NCBI GenBank assembly: GCA_963822445.1
Contig: CAWGHO010000001.1
Span: 1,024,001-1,088,000, forward strand
Length of the DNA: 64,000 nt
Origin: an uncultured Acidobacteriota bacterium
GTDB taxonomy: Bacteria > Acidobacteriota > Thermoanaerobaculia > Gp7-AA8
Direction of reading: 5' to 3'
Positions 1-8,653 of this stretch are shown in pieces. The notes beneath the pieces are model-generated. The model saw only the letters and a list, made by a program, of their open reading frames with translations. It was not told the origin of the DNA and searched no databases. The position numbers were made by a program, and so were the translations under genes. Positions within the stretch are counted from its first letter, which is position 1; each line of letters begins with the position of its first letter.

Positions 1-36
1 TGTTCTGACGGATTCGCGCAATCGCGACGCCAGTGA

Positions 37-108
<72 letters not shown>

Positions 109-592
109 GCGGGCGGGCACGGCCCGCCGCGCTGGTTGGCCTAGCCAGAGGGGCAACTGCGGTCCCGCTGTCGTGTGAGTTAGGAGAGGGGTGAACGGTC
201 AGCTCGTTTTCAGAGCGACGATTGCGGCGGCACCCAGCAAGCCGGCGCAGCAGGAGTGGCAATCCCCCGAGCGTCTGGATGGCGCTCCCACGGCGTTGAC
301 GATGAGCGTTCCGGTCAGCGTCACCAACCCAGTCACTTGAACCGGTGCGACGTTGCCGGGCGATGCGCTGGAGACCGTCACGGTGAGGCTCGTGGTGATT
401 GTGAGGTCATGGACGACGATCTGGTCACGGACGGAGGTGCCGTCGACAGTGAGCGAGGCGCTTGCAACGCCGGCGGCCAGAAGTAGAAACAGACCAGCAG
501 CACGTGCGCGCCTTGGGGACGCGGATCCTATCAGAGCCGCGCGCAGTCTCCGCCGGCCAGGCAGCGATGCGCCGCCGCGATAAAGTGGGTCC

Positions 593-2545
593 GTGCACGA
601 GCAGCGCTTTCTCATCGACGTCGCCATCGTTCTCGGCGTCGCCTTTCCGGTCCTCGTCGTCGGGAAGATGCTTCGCGTTCCGGAGCTGATCAGCTATCTC
701 CTCACCGGCATTGCCATCGGGCCGCACGCCATCGGGTTGATTCGCGATCCGGCCCAGGTCGAGGCGATCGCGGAGATCGGCGTGGCGCTGATCCTCTTCT
801 TCATCGGCCTGCACGTTCCGCTGGAGCGATTGCGGACGCTCGGCAAAACGACGTTCGTCTCCGGCTCGCTGCAGATGTTGTTCACCGTGGCGGGCGTGGT
901 CGCGATCGGATTGGCGACGGGGATCGACATCCGCCTGGCGAGTTTCCTCGGCGTGCTGATCGCGCTCGGATCGACGTCGGTGGTCATGCCGGTGCTGGCC
1001 ACTCGGGAGGAAACCGGTGCTCCGTTCGCGGGCCGCTTCCTCGGCGTCTCGATCTTCCAGGACTTTGCCGTCATCCCGCTGATGCTGCTCGTCCCTGCAT
1101 TCGCCTCGGGACGAAACGCGCCGCCGATGATGACCGTAGCCACGCGCGTGCTCCTGGCCGTCGTCGGCGTCGTGCTGCTGGTCGTCGTCGCACGGATGGT
1201 CGTGCCCCAGCTCTTCATGCGCATCGCCCGGCTCGGAAGCCGTGAGGCGTTTACTGCCGCGGCCATCGTGCTGATCGTCGCGACGATCGCCATCGCCGAC
1301 CGGCTGGGCATCTCCGCGGCGCTGGGCGCTTTCGCGGCAGGGATCGTAGTCGGAGACACGGAGTTCATTCACGAGGTCGCGGGGATCCTCAGGCCGTTCC
1401 GCGACTTCCTGTCGGTTCTCTTCTTCGCGTCGATCGGGATGCTGCTCCAGCCGCGTTATCTGCTCGAGAACCTGCCGCTGGTGCTGGGTGTGTTCACGCT
1501 CGTGCTGATGGTGAAGGTGATGGCCGCGTACCCGGCCTTCCGAATGTCCGGCGCGCTGCCGCGCACTTCGATCCGGGCGGCGTTCGCGGTGGCACCGATC
1601 GGTGAGTTCTCGTTCCTGCTGGCCCTGGAGGCCCGGAAGCACGGGATTCTGTCGGAGGCGAACGAACAGCTTTTCATCTCAGTGGCTGTGCTGACTCTCG
1701 CCGCCACTCCCCTGCTCCTCGTCGGCGGAAGCCGCTGGGCGCAACGGCTGCGCGGCGCGCAGGAAGGGGAAGGGGTCGCCGAGGAAACAGCGCGGCCGCA
1801 GCAGATCATCATCATCGGCTACGGTCTGAACGGTCAGAACGTCACCCGCGTCCTGAACGAGACCGGCGTCGCCCACGTGGTCCTGGAGGAGGATCCCCGC
1901 CGCGCCGACGTCGCGCGCCGCAACGGGAGCCGCGTGATCGTCGCCGACGCCTCCGATCCAGACGCACTGATCGCCGCGGGCATTCGCACGGCTCTCGCCG
2001 TGGTGGTCGCGATCTCCGACGCTGAAGGCACGCGGCGGATCGTCCAGCGCTGCCGGCGGATGAATCGCGAGCTTCGCATCGTCGTCCGCACCCGGTACAT
2101 CTCTGAAGTGGAGCGATTGCGGGAGCTCGGCGCGAATGAGGTCATCCCCGAGGAGTTCGAGACGTCGCTGGAGATCGTCACCAGACTTCTGCGAATCCTC
2201 TCCGTCCCCGGAAACATCGTTGCGGCGCAGTTGCGCATCCTTCGCGACGAGGGCTATCGCATCCTGCGCGACCCGGCCATGCGGGCCGCGGAAGGGCGCC
2301 GGCTGTCGGCCGTCCTCACCGCGGGGACGTCGCAGACCTTTCTCGTGTTGCCGGACAGCAAGGCCGAGGGGAAGACTCTGGTCGAGCTCGCTGTGGCGGA
2401 TGACCATGTCGCGGTCCCGGCCATGCTTCGCGACGGCAAACCGATCTCCCCTCCCTCCGTCAACGAGCCGCTCATGGCCGGCGACACCTTGTTCCTGGTC
2501 GGCGCCCACGAGGACCTGCTGCGCGTGCTCGACCGTATGGAGTAG
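593..2545 (+). CDS. CPA2 (Kef-like) cation/H+ antiporter with TrkA-N and TrkA-C domains
   Basis: Many TM segments, LGAFAAG motif, IIIGYGLNG Rossmann (KTN) motif, C-terminal RCK-C-like segment. GTG start. Confidence 0.9.
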   Translation: MHEQRFLIDVAIVLGVAFPVLVVGKMLRVPELISYLLTGIAIGPHAIGLIRDPAQVEAIAEIGVALILFFIGLHVPLERLRTLGKTTFVSGSLQMLFTVAGVVAIGLATGIDIRLASFLGVLIALGSTSVVMPVLATREETGAPFAGRFLGVSIFQDFAVIPLMLLVPAFASGRNAPPMMTVATRVLLAVVGVVLLVVVARMVVPQLFMRIARLGSREAFTAAAIVLIVATIAIADRLGISAALGAFAAGIVVGDTEFIHEVAGILRPFRDFLSVLFFASIGMLLQPRYLLENLPLVLGVFTLVLMVKVMAAYPAFRMSGALPRTSIRAAFAVAPIGEFSFLLALEARKHGILSEANEQLFISVAVLTLAATPLLLVGGSRWAQRLRGAQEGEGVAEETARPQQIIIIGYGLNGQNVTRVLNETGVAHVVLEEDPRRADVARRNGSRVIVADASDPDALIAAGIRTALAVVVAISDAEGTRRIVQRCRRMNRELRIVVRTRYISEVERLRELGANEVIPEEFETSLEIVTRLLRILSVPGNIVAAQLRILRDEGYRILRDPAMRAAEGRRLSAVLTAGTSQTFLVLPDSKAEGKTLVELAVADDHVAVPAMLRDGKPISPPSVNEPLMAGDTLFLVGAHEDLLRVLDRME

Positions 2546-2549
2546 GTCG

Positions 2550-2565
2550 CGGCCCACCCCTTGCA
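2550..2565 (+). promoter_or_regulatory. sigma54-type -24/-12 promoter candidate
   Basis: CGGCCCACCCCTTGCA = GG-N10-GC, upstream of GGAGG RBS and ATG 2593. Confidence 0.6.
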
Positions 2566-2592
2566 AATAACTTTGCAACTGGAGGTACAACC

Positions 2593-3330
2593 ATGCGAAA
2601 AACACTCGCGGCCGCTTTGTTCGCCGCGGTATTGATTCCCACGCAGAAGGCACAGGCGCTCGATAACGAAGCGCTGCTCGCGCTCGTGGCTATGCCGCTC
2701 GCCGTAGCGGCTGTTTCGGAAGTAACCGACGTCCCGATGAACGACCTCATCGACGTCGTCACGCTGATGAACGATGCCCTCGTTCCGCCGGCGCAGTTCA
2801 TCGAAGTCGTCAGGTACGCGCCCGTGGCGCTGGTCGTCGACACGCAGGTACCTCGCTTTCCGGAGTACGTTCGCGTTCAGTTCGACAGCGGTCTCCGCGG
2901 TACGGAGCTGGTGAGCTCGATCGAGGATCGCTATCACATCTATGGAGTGGAAGGCGTCAACTTCGACGTCGTGGCGCCGCGGGTCGTGGACATCGAGGAC
3001 GACTTCGTCCCGCAGATCGTTCACACACGCATCGCCGAGCGGAAAGCCCACCCTCACGGCGGGCCCCCGGGACAGCTCAAGAAGTCGATGGGCGTGCAAA
3101 CCGGAGCGGAAGTCGTTCACGGAACGCGGAAGGGCAAGAGCAACGACCGCGTCGTGACGCGTGTCGTCGAGGACCGGCCTGCGAAGGTCGCGAAGGAACA
3201 CAAGGTCAAGCATCAGGACAAGCCCGTGGTGGCCAAAGCGAAGGGCCGCGGCTCGTCGGATGACCACAAGAACCAGGGTGGCGGCCATGGCGGCGGTCAC
3301 GGCAAAGGCAAAGGAAAGGGCAAGGGATGA
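2593..3330 (+). CDS. Secreted hypothetical protein with PPGQLKK motif and Gly/His/Lys-rich tail
   Basis: GGAGG RBS, signal peptide (AQA|L), low-complexity C-terminus. Confidence 0.75.
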   Translation: MRKTLAAALFAAVLIPTQKAQALDNEALLALVAMPLAVAAVSEVTDVPMNDLIDVVTLMNDALVPPAQFIEVVRYAPVALVVDTQVPRFPEYVRVQFDSGLRGTELVSSIEDRYHIYGVEGVNFDVVAPRVVDIEDDFVPQIVHTRIAERKAHPHGGPPGQLKKSMGVQTGAEVVHGTRKGKSNDRVVTRVVEDRPAKVAKEHKVKHQDKPVVAKAKGRGSSDDHKNQGGGHGGGHGKGKGKGKG

Positions 3331-3632
3331 GAGCACGTACATTCGCACTCGTTCTGATGCTGGCGCTCGCCGCCGCGTGCAGTAACGAGCAGAAAGCCAC
3401 GAATACGACCGAGGCCACGACTCCGCAGGCGACGGCGAAGGCCGCCGACCTGACGCCGGAGCAGCTGGGCGAGCTGGGTGCGCAGATCCGGAAGGAGCCC
3501 TCGCGCGCCGACGAGTTGCTTGCCCAGAAGGGGCTGAATGCAGCCACGTTCGAGAAGGCGATTCGCGACGTAACCGAGAATCCGGAGTCGTCGAAGCGGT
3601 ATGCCGAGGCCTATCGGAAGGCCAGCGCCTGA
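3327..3632 (+). CDS. Hypothetical lipoprotein
   Basis: Lipobox-like LAAAC after a hydrophobic stretch. ATGA overlap with the upstream gene. Confidence 0.75.
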   Translation: MRARTFALVLMLALAAACSNEQKATNTTEATTPQATAKAADLTPEQLGELGAQIRKEPSRADELLAQKGLNAATFEKAIRDVTENPESSKRYAEAYRKASA

Positions 3633-3700
3633 CGCTGTCCTTCGTGCAGGACAGAATACGGGTGTAGGGACGCCTATGCGTTCCTTCATGAAAAAATCGC

Positions 3701-3729
3701 TTGCGGCGAGCTATCTTGCCGTCGATAAT
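3701..3729 (+). promoter_or_regulatory. sigma70-type promoter candidate for the TPR gene
   Basis: TTGCGG-17 nt-GATAAT with an A-tract at 3691-3696, 10 nt before ATG 3740. Confidence 0.5.
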
Positions 3730-3739
3730 CCGGATCGGA

Positions 3740-5083
3740 ATGTCGCATTACGACGACGAAGCGCTGTTTCAGTACGCGGAAGGCACATCGCCTATCTCGA
3801 CAGAGATCGCGTCTCACGTCGCGGCGTGTGACCGTTGCTCCTCGGAGCTCGGCACGCACCGCGACGTCGTCGAGGCGCTCCGAAGCGACGACATGTGGCA
3901 GGATCCTGCACCAGCGCCGCGGCAGTTCGTCGTCGACGTAGTGGAGTTCGCCGACCGCGCCCGGGCCGAGGATCTGCAGGCGGCCGAGCTGTGTACGGAC
4001 GTTCTTTCCGGTCCGGCCTCCTGGTGGCCGCAGCGCCTCCGGAAGCACGACAACTTCCGGACCGCTGGCATGGTCCGCCAGCTCCTCGAGCGGATGCGCG
4101 AGCTACTGGGCAGTTCCCCCGCGAACGCGTTGCAGGTCACGGCGATGGCCATCGACATCGCCAACTCCCTTCCGGTGACCGAGTATCCCTGCGACTACGT
4201 CGTGAAGCTTCGGGCCCAGGCCTACCGCGATCACGCGTACGTCCTGTCGTTCATGGGCCGCTATCCCGAGGCATTGGAGATCGCGGACCGGGCCAAGAGG
4301 CTGTTCGATCAGGTGCCCCTGCCGGAGTACGACCTCGCGCGACTGGCGCAGGTCCGGGCGTCGATCCTTCGATGCATCGACCGCGTCGACGAATCCGTAA
4401 TCCTCGCCCGCCAGGCAGCCGAAACATTTCTGAAGTTCGGCGATCACTCCCGCTACGCGAACGCGCGAGTCATCGAAGCGGCGATGGTGTTCGAGACCGG
4501 TGACCTTCGTTCCGCGCTCGAAATCTGGCACGGCATCGAGAACGATCCCGGGCTCGACAGCGTCACCCGCATCGGCGTCATTCAGAACATCGGCGTCTGC
4601 TATCGCGATCTTGGGGAGCTCGATCGCGCCGTGGAACATCTGCGCCGTTGCGCGGACGAATACGAAATTCTGGGCATCCACACCGACCGAACACGATCCC
4701 GCCGGAATCTCGGCCAGACCCTGGTGCGCGCCGGCCGTTACGCGGACGCCATCCCGGTTCTGCGGCAGACCTGGCAGGAGTTCGAGAAACTCGACCTCGT
4801 CGCCGATGCTGCGTTGTCGGCGCTCGAGCTGGCCGAGGCCCTGCTGTTAGATGGCAAGCCGTCGGAAGTACCGGCCATCTGCCGAGAAATCGTGGCTCAG
4901 TTCACGCGCGCGGGAATGACTTCGCGGGCGATCACTGCCCTGTCCTTTCTGCGCGAGGCAGTCGCGTTGGGGCAGGCGAACCCGAGCCTCGTTCGTCATG
5001 TGCATGACTTTCTGCGAGAGCTCCCAGCCGAGCAGCCTCGCCTGTTCGCACCGCCTCCCGGCGGCGGCAGCTACGACCAGTAG
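3740..5083 (+). CDS. zf-HC2 (anti-sigma-like) N-terminal domain plus tetratricopeptide-repeat protein
   Basis: HVAACDRC (H-x3-C-x2-C) near the N-terminus and repeated TPR-like helices (GRYPEALEIA, GELDRAVEHL, GRYADAIPVL). No TM segment. ATG 3740 preferred over TTG 3701. Confidence 0.8.
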   Translation: MSHYDDEALFQYAEGTSPISTEIASHVAACDRCSSELGTHRDVVEALRSDDMWQDPAPAPRQFVVDVVEFADRARAEDLQAAELCTDVLSGPASWWPQRLRKHDNFRTAGMVRQLLERMRELLGSSPANALQVTAMAIDIANSLPVTEYPCDYVVKLRAQAYRDHAYVLSFMGRYPEALEIADRAKRLFDQVPLPEYDLARLAQVRASILRCIDRVDESVILARQAAETFLKFGDHSRYANARVIEAAMVFETGDLRSALEIWHGIENDPGLDSVTRIGVIQNIGVCYRDLGELDRAVEHLRRCADEYEILGIHTDRTRSRRNLGQTLVRAGRYADAIPVLRQTWQEFEKLDLVADAALSALELAEALLLDGKPSEVPAICREIVAQFTRAGMTSRAITALSFLREAVALGQANPSLVRHVHDFLRELPAEQPRLFAPPPGGGSYDQ

Positions 5084-5218
5084 CCGCGCCCTACGCCGCC
5101 GCCATCCCGAAAACTGTCTGCAGCGGCAAGCCGCTGAAGGGTCACTTAAAGATCAGGGGGATCTATGCGTCCATCGTCCGTCGATCAATCACTCAACCGT
5201 TCACAGAAGGAGAAAGTC

Positions 5219-5416
5219 ATGCGTAAATCATTCGTCGCCAGCGTCGCCATCGTCACCATCCTCGCCATTGCCACCCCTGCCGCCGCCGCGTCCCGCGATC
5301 GTGATCGCGATTCCGTGTCGGTCGTCAAGTTCCTAAAGAGCGTGGCGAAGAAGGTCTTCGGAATTCAGCCGTCAGCCGACATCGTCATCCCCATCCCCGC
5401 TCCGGATAAGCCGTAA
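5219..5416 (+). CDS. Small secreted peptide precursor (65 aa)
   Basis: AAGGAG RBS, Sec-type signal MRKSFVASVAIVTILAIATPAAAA, followed by a hairpin. Confidence 0.75.
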   Translation: MRKSFVASVAIVTILAIATPAAAASRDRDRDSVSVVKFLKSVAKKVFGIQPSADIVIPIPAPDKP

Positions 5417-5425
5417 CTCGCCTCT

Positions 5426-5457
5426 CGTCCGCCGGCGCAATGACGCGCCGGCGGACG
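5426..5457. terminator. GC-rich hairpin between convergent genes
   Basis: CGTCCGCCGGCGC-aatgac-GCGCCGGCGGACG, a perfect 13-bp stem. Confidence 0.6.
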
Positions 5458-5466
5458 GCCGTTCGT

Positions 5467-6291
5467 TCATGCCTGTCTGCCCCGGAATCGCCGGGCGACG
5501 GTCCAAACCGCCGCCAGCAGCAGCGCCATCATGCCGCAGACCGGGACCACGTAAATCACGATCCAGATCGCCGCGGCCGCGAAAGTCCGCAAGGCGCCGA
5601 CCAGCGCACGGCTGGCGTCCTTGACGATGACGATCGGCTGCCAGGCCTTTTCGACGACCGGTTTCGTCACCGCGTCGGGGATGACTTCGAGGCCGATGTG
5701 GGACATGGCCACGGTGTGCCCGAGGTGCTGGATGCGGCCTTTGGTCTGCTCGATCTCGCCGCGGATGGCGGTGAGCTGCTGATGGACTTCGAGGATCTCC
5801 GCGGCCTTGCGCGCGTTCTGCCGGACCGTCGTCAGCAGCTCGCGCAACTCGACTTCGGTCGCCTCGAGATTCCGCAGCCGCCCTTCGAGGTCGACGTACT
5901 CCTGGGTGACGTCCTCGCTGGACATGGTCTCGTTGTCGACGCGCCGCGCGACCTTGCGGATCGCCGCCAGCGCGGGAGTCATCGACTTGCTGGGAACGCG
6001 CAAGGTGAGGCGCGCGCGGAGCAGCTCTCCTTCACGCCAGACTTCCGAGCCGGCCACGTATCCGCCCAGGCCTTCCACGGATGCGGTGACGTCGTTCACG
6101 GCTTTGGCCGTGTCGGCCACGACGATCCGCATCGTGGCGTTGCGGACGATCTTTCGTTGCGGCGGCTGCGCGACGTTCAACGCGACGGCCGCTGAATCGG
6201 CCCGTTCTGCGACGGCGGCCGAGCGTTCCTCGGCCTTACAAGAAAAGAGAAAGATGAGAACGAACAGCGTGGCGATCTTTTTCACGCCCAT
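5467..6291 (-). CDS. DUF4349-type lipoprotein
   Basis: Lipobox FLFSC; RKIVRNATMRI and EDVTQEYVDLEGRL motifs; coiled coil; C-terminal TM. Confidence 0.82.
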   Translation of the reverse strand: MGVKKIATLFVLIFLFSCKAEERSAAVAERADSAAVALNVAQPPQRKIVRNATMRIVVADTAKAVNDVTASVEGLGGYVAGSEVWREGELLRARLTLRVPSKSMTPALAAIRKVARRVDNETMSSEDVTQEYVDLEGRLRNLEATEVELRELLTTVRQNARKAAEILEVHQQLTAIRGEIEQTKGRIQHLGHTVAMSHIGLEVIPDAVTKPVVEKAWQPIVIVKDASRALVGALRTFAAAAIWIVIYVVPVCGMMALLLAAVWTVARRFRGRQA

Positions 6292-6321
6292 TGGACGCGC
6301 GCCGGCGTCAGGACGAAACCG

Positions 6322-6693
6322 TCAATCGCAATCGCAATAAGCCAGGGCACGCGTGGCCACGTACTGCGGATCGACCGGCTTCAGCAGCGTTTCGTCCGCC
6401 CATGCCGCCAGTGTGCGGATCTCCGGGTCAGGATCGCCGAGGATGATCAGGCCGCATTTGACGGCTTCCCGCCGCTCGCGAAGAAAGTCGAGCGACTCGA
6501 TGCCGCGTTTCGTCGCCAGATTCACGCCCAGGAGGACGACGGAGAAGCGGCGGGCCTTCAGATGATCGATTGCGCTCCCGCCATCCGCGGCGAACGTGAC
6601 GGAGAAGTTCTGTTGGTCGAGCGTGGCGATGAGCTTCTTGCGGAACTCGTCGTCATCGTGAATCAGCAAAGCAGGACAGCTCGGTCGGACCAT
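6322..6693 (-). CDS. Single-domain response regulator receiver (atypical)
   Basis: LLIHDDD, AADG and LLKPV motifs. The phospho-acceptor position appears to be G (VVLLG). Confidence 0.7.
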   Translation of the reverse strand: MVRPSCPALLIHDDDEFRKKLIATLDQQNFSVTFAADGGSAIDHLKARRFSVVLLGVNLATKRGIESLDFLRERREAVKCGLIILGDPDPEIRTLAAWADETLLKPVDPQYVATRALAYCDCD

Positions 6694-6696
6694 CGC

Positions 6697-7197
6697 TCAC
6701 TCCCCGCGCAAAGCCCGCGCCAGAGCCGCGCAGACCTCGTCGCCGAAGCAGGTCAGGATCACCTGTTCGATGGAAGGAGCGTCGAAGGCGCGGATCTCCC
6801 GCACGGCGATCTCCGCCGCGGCATCGATCGGGTAGCCGTACACGCCGCAACTGATGGCCGGAAAGGCGATCGTGCGCACGCCGTTCTCGACCGCGAGCCG
6901 CAGGCTGGAGCGATAGCAGGACGCCAGCAACTCCGCCTCCCCTTCCGTCCCGCCCCGCCAGACCGGCCCGACCGTGTGAATGACGAACCGGGCCGGCAAC
7001 CGATATCCACTGGTGATCCGCGCCTCGCCAGTCGGACATCCGCCGATGCGTTTGCACTCTTCGAGCAGCTCCGGACCCGCCGCACGATGAATCGCGCCGT
7101 CGACTCCACCACCGCCGCGGAGACCTTCATTGGCCGCGTTGACGATGGCGTCGACCTGCAGTTTGGTGATGTCGCCGCGGTGTACCTCGAGCTTCAC
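6697..7197 (-). CDS. ymdB: Macro-domain O-acetyl-ADP-ribose deacetylase
   Basis: [26 protein letters not shown] and [11 protein letters not shown] motifs. Confidence 0.92.
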   Translation of the reverse strand: MKLEVHRGDITKLQVDAIVNAANEGLRGGGGVDGAIHRAAGPELLEECKRIGGCPTGEARITSGYRLPARFVIHTVGPVWRGGTEGEAELLASCYRSSLRLAVENGVRTIAFPAISCGVYGYPIDAAAEIAVREIRAFDAPSIEQVILTCFGDEVCAALARALRGE

Positions 7198-7610
7198 CTC
7201 TTCTTCCGCCCGAGCTTCACGACGATGTCGTACTCCGCCTTCGTCACCGGCTGAATCGACAGGCGCGAGCCTTTCTTCGTCACCACCATCTCCTCGAGGC
7301 CGCGCGTGTTTTTCAGAGTCTCCAGCGAAACGGTCTCCGGAAACTTCTCCACGAAGCGGATGTCCACCATCGACCAGGTCGGGTCCTTCGGCTCCGGCCG
7401 CCCTTCGACGCTGACCTCGGCCAGCCCGGTCACGCCCGACGGGTCAGCGTTGGACGCATAAAAAAGCACCTTGTCGCCGACGCGCATCTCATCCCGCATA
7501 AAATTGCGGGCCTGGTAATTTCGAACGCCTTCCCAACTCGTCGTGCCGTCGCGCTCCAGCCTGTCGATGCTGTACGCGCTCGGTTCCACTTTCATCAGCC
7601 AGTACTTCAT
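7194..7610 (-). CDS. EVE domain protein
   Basis: [21 protein letters not shown] and RLSIQPV motifs. Confidence 0.9.
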   Translation of the reverse strand: MKYWLMKVEPSAYSIDRLERDGTTSWEGVRNYQARNFMRDEMRVGDKVLFYASNADPSGVTGLAEVSVEGRPEPKDPTWSMVDIRFVEKFPETVSLETLKNTRGLEEMVVTKKGSRLSIQPVTKAEYDIVVKLGRKKR

Positions 7611-7636
7611 GGCGCGAATCATAGGATGTCGACGCC

Positions 7637-8653
7637 ATGGTGAGCTTCGAAAAGGCACCCCCCGAAGCGCGCCAGCTCCTCCCCGTTCGCATCCGCGATC
7701 TCGGCCTCTCGCTGGAAAACTCCCCGGTCGCCGATCTCGTGCGCCGCCTCTACGAAGAGCTCGACGCCAAGGGGCTGAAGCACTTCCGTCCGCTCTGTTA
7801 TCTGTCCGACGAATGGGGCTCGCCGGCCGGTGAGCCTGTCATCGGCATCCCCTTCTACCTCGGCGATCCCCGCGTGGCGAACCTCGAGGACGCGCTCAAC
7901 GACGTCGAGACCGAGCGCGAGGTCATGATGTACCTCCGCCACGAGGCCGGCCACGCGTTCAATCACGCGTACGAGCTCTATCGCACCGACCAGTTCCGCG
8001 GCATCTTCGGTTCGGTGCGCAAACCGTATCGCGACGACTACCCGTTCATCCCCTTCTCCCGCGACTACGTCCGCTACGTCCCCGGCTGGTACGCGCAGAA
8101 GCATCCCGACGAAGACTTCGCCGAGACCTTCGCAGTCTGGCTCGATCCGCATTCGCACTGGCAGTCGCGTTACTCGCGGTGGGGAGCGATCAAGAAACTG
8201 CAGTACGTCGACCGCATTGGCCACGAATGCAGCGACGTCGTGCCGAAACATCGCGGCCGCACCGACATCACCGTCGACGAGATCGACAAGACCGTTGAAG
8301 AGATGCTCCGCGAGTACCACGTCGACGAGTCGCCGATGGTCGCCGATCTCGCGCTCGACGCGGATCTGGTCGATATCTTCTCGGCGCGCAAAGGCGAGTC
8401 CTATCCTGCTTCCGAGTTTCTTCGCGAGCGCCGCCGGGAGATCGTCGACAAAGTTCACTACTGGACCGGCGTGCGGCGTACCCTCGTACGTGCGCTGGTC
8501 GTGTCCATCGAAAAGCAACTCGAAGAACTGGAGCTGGTCGCCATCCGCGAGCGCGCCCGCCAGCAGACCGTCGAGATGACGGTCTACATCACCACACTGT
8601 CGATGACGTTCCTGATGGGCAAGAAACGGCTCCGGCACCGGAGAACGAAATGA
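7637..8653 (+). CDS. Putative zinc-binding metallopeptidase
   Basis: HEAGH (HExxH) motif and YAQKHPDEDFAETFAVW. Confidence 0.8.
   Translation: MVSFEKAPPEARQLLPVRIRDLGLSLENSPVADLVRRLYEELDAKGLKHFRPLCYLSDEWGSPAGEPVIGIPFYLGDPRVANLEDALNDVETEREVMMYLRHEAGHAFNHAYELYRTDQFRGIFGSVRKPYRDDYPFIPFSRDYVRYVPGWYAQKHPDEDFAETFAVWLDPHSHWQSRYSRWGAIKKLQYVDRIGHECSDVVPKHRGRTDITVDEIDKTVEEMLREYHVDESPMVADLALDADLVDIFSARKGESYPASEFLRERRREIVDKVHYWTGVRRTLVRALVVSIEKQLEELELVAIRERARQQTVEMTVYITTLSMTFLMGKKRLRHRRTK

Noticed and set aside
425-1642. Long antisense and alternate-frame ORFs (also 12303-13925, 22047-23846, 29594-31738, 52605-54032, 56429-58375, 58137-59795)
   Set aside because: Shadow ORFs of motif-bearing genes, expected at high GC; Arg/His-rich with no recognisable motifs.
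3674-5170. Shared 8-mer CTATGCGT upstream of both the TPR gene and the peptide gene as an operator
   Set aside because: Too short and non-palindromic to support without comparative data.
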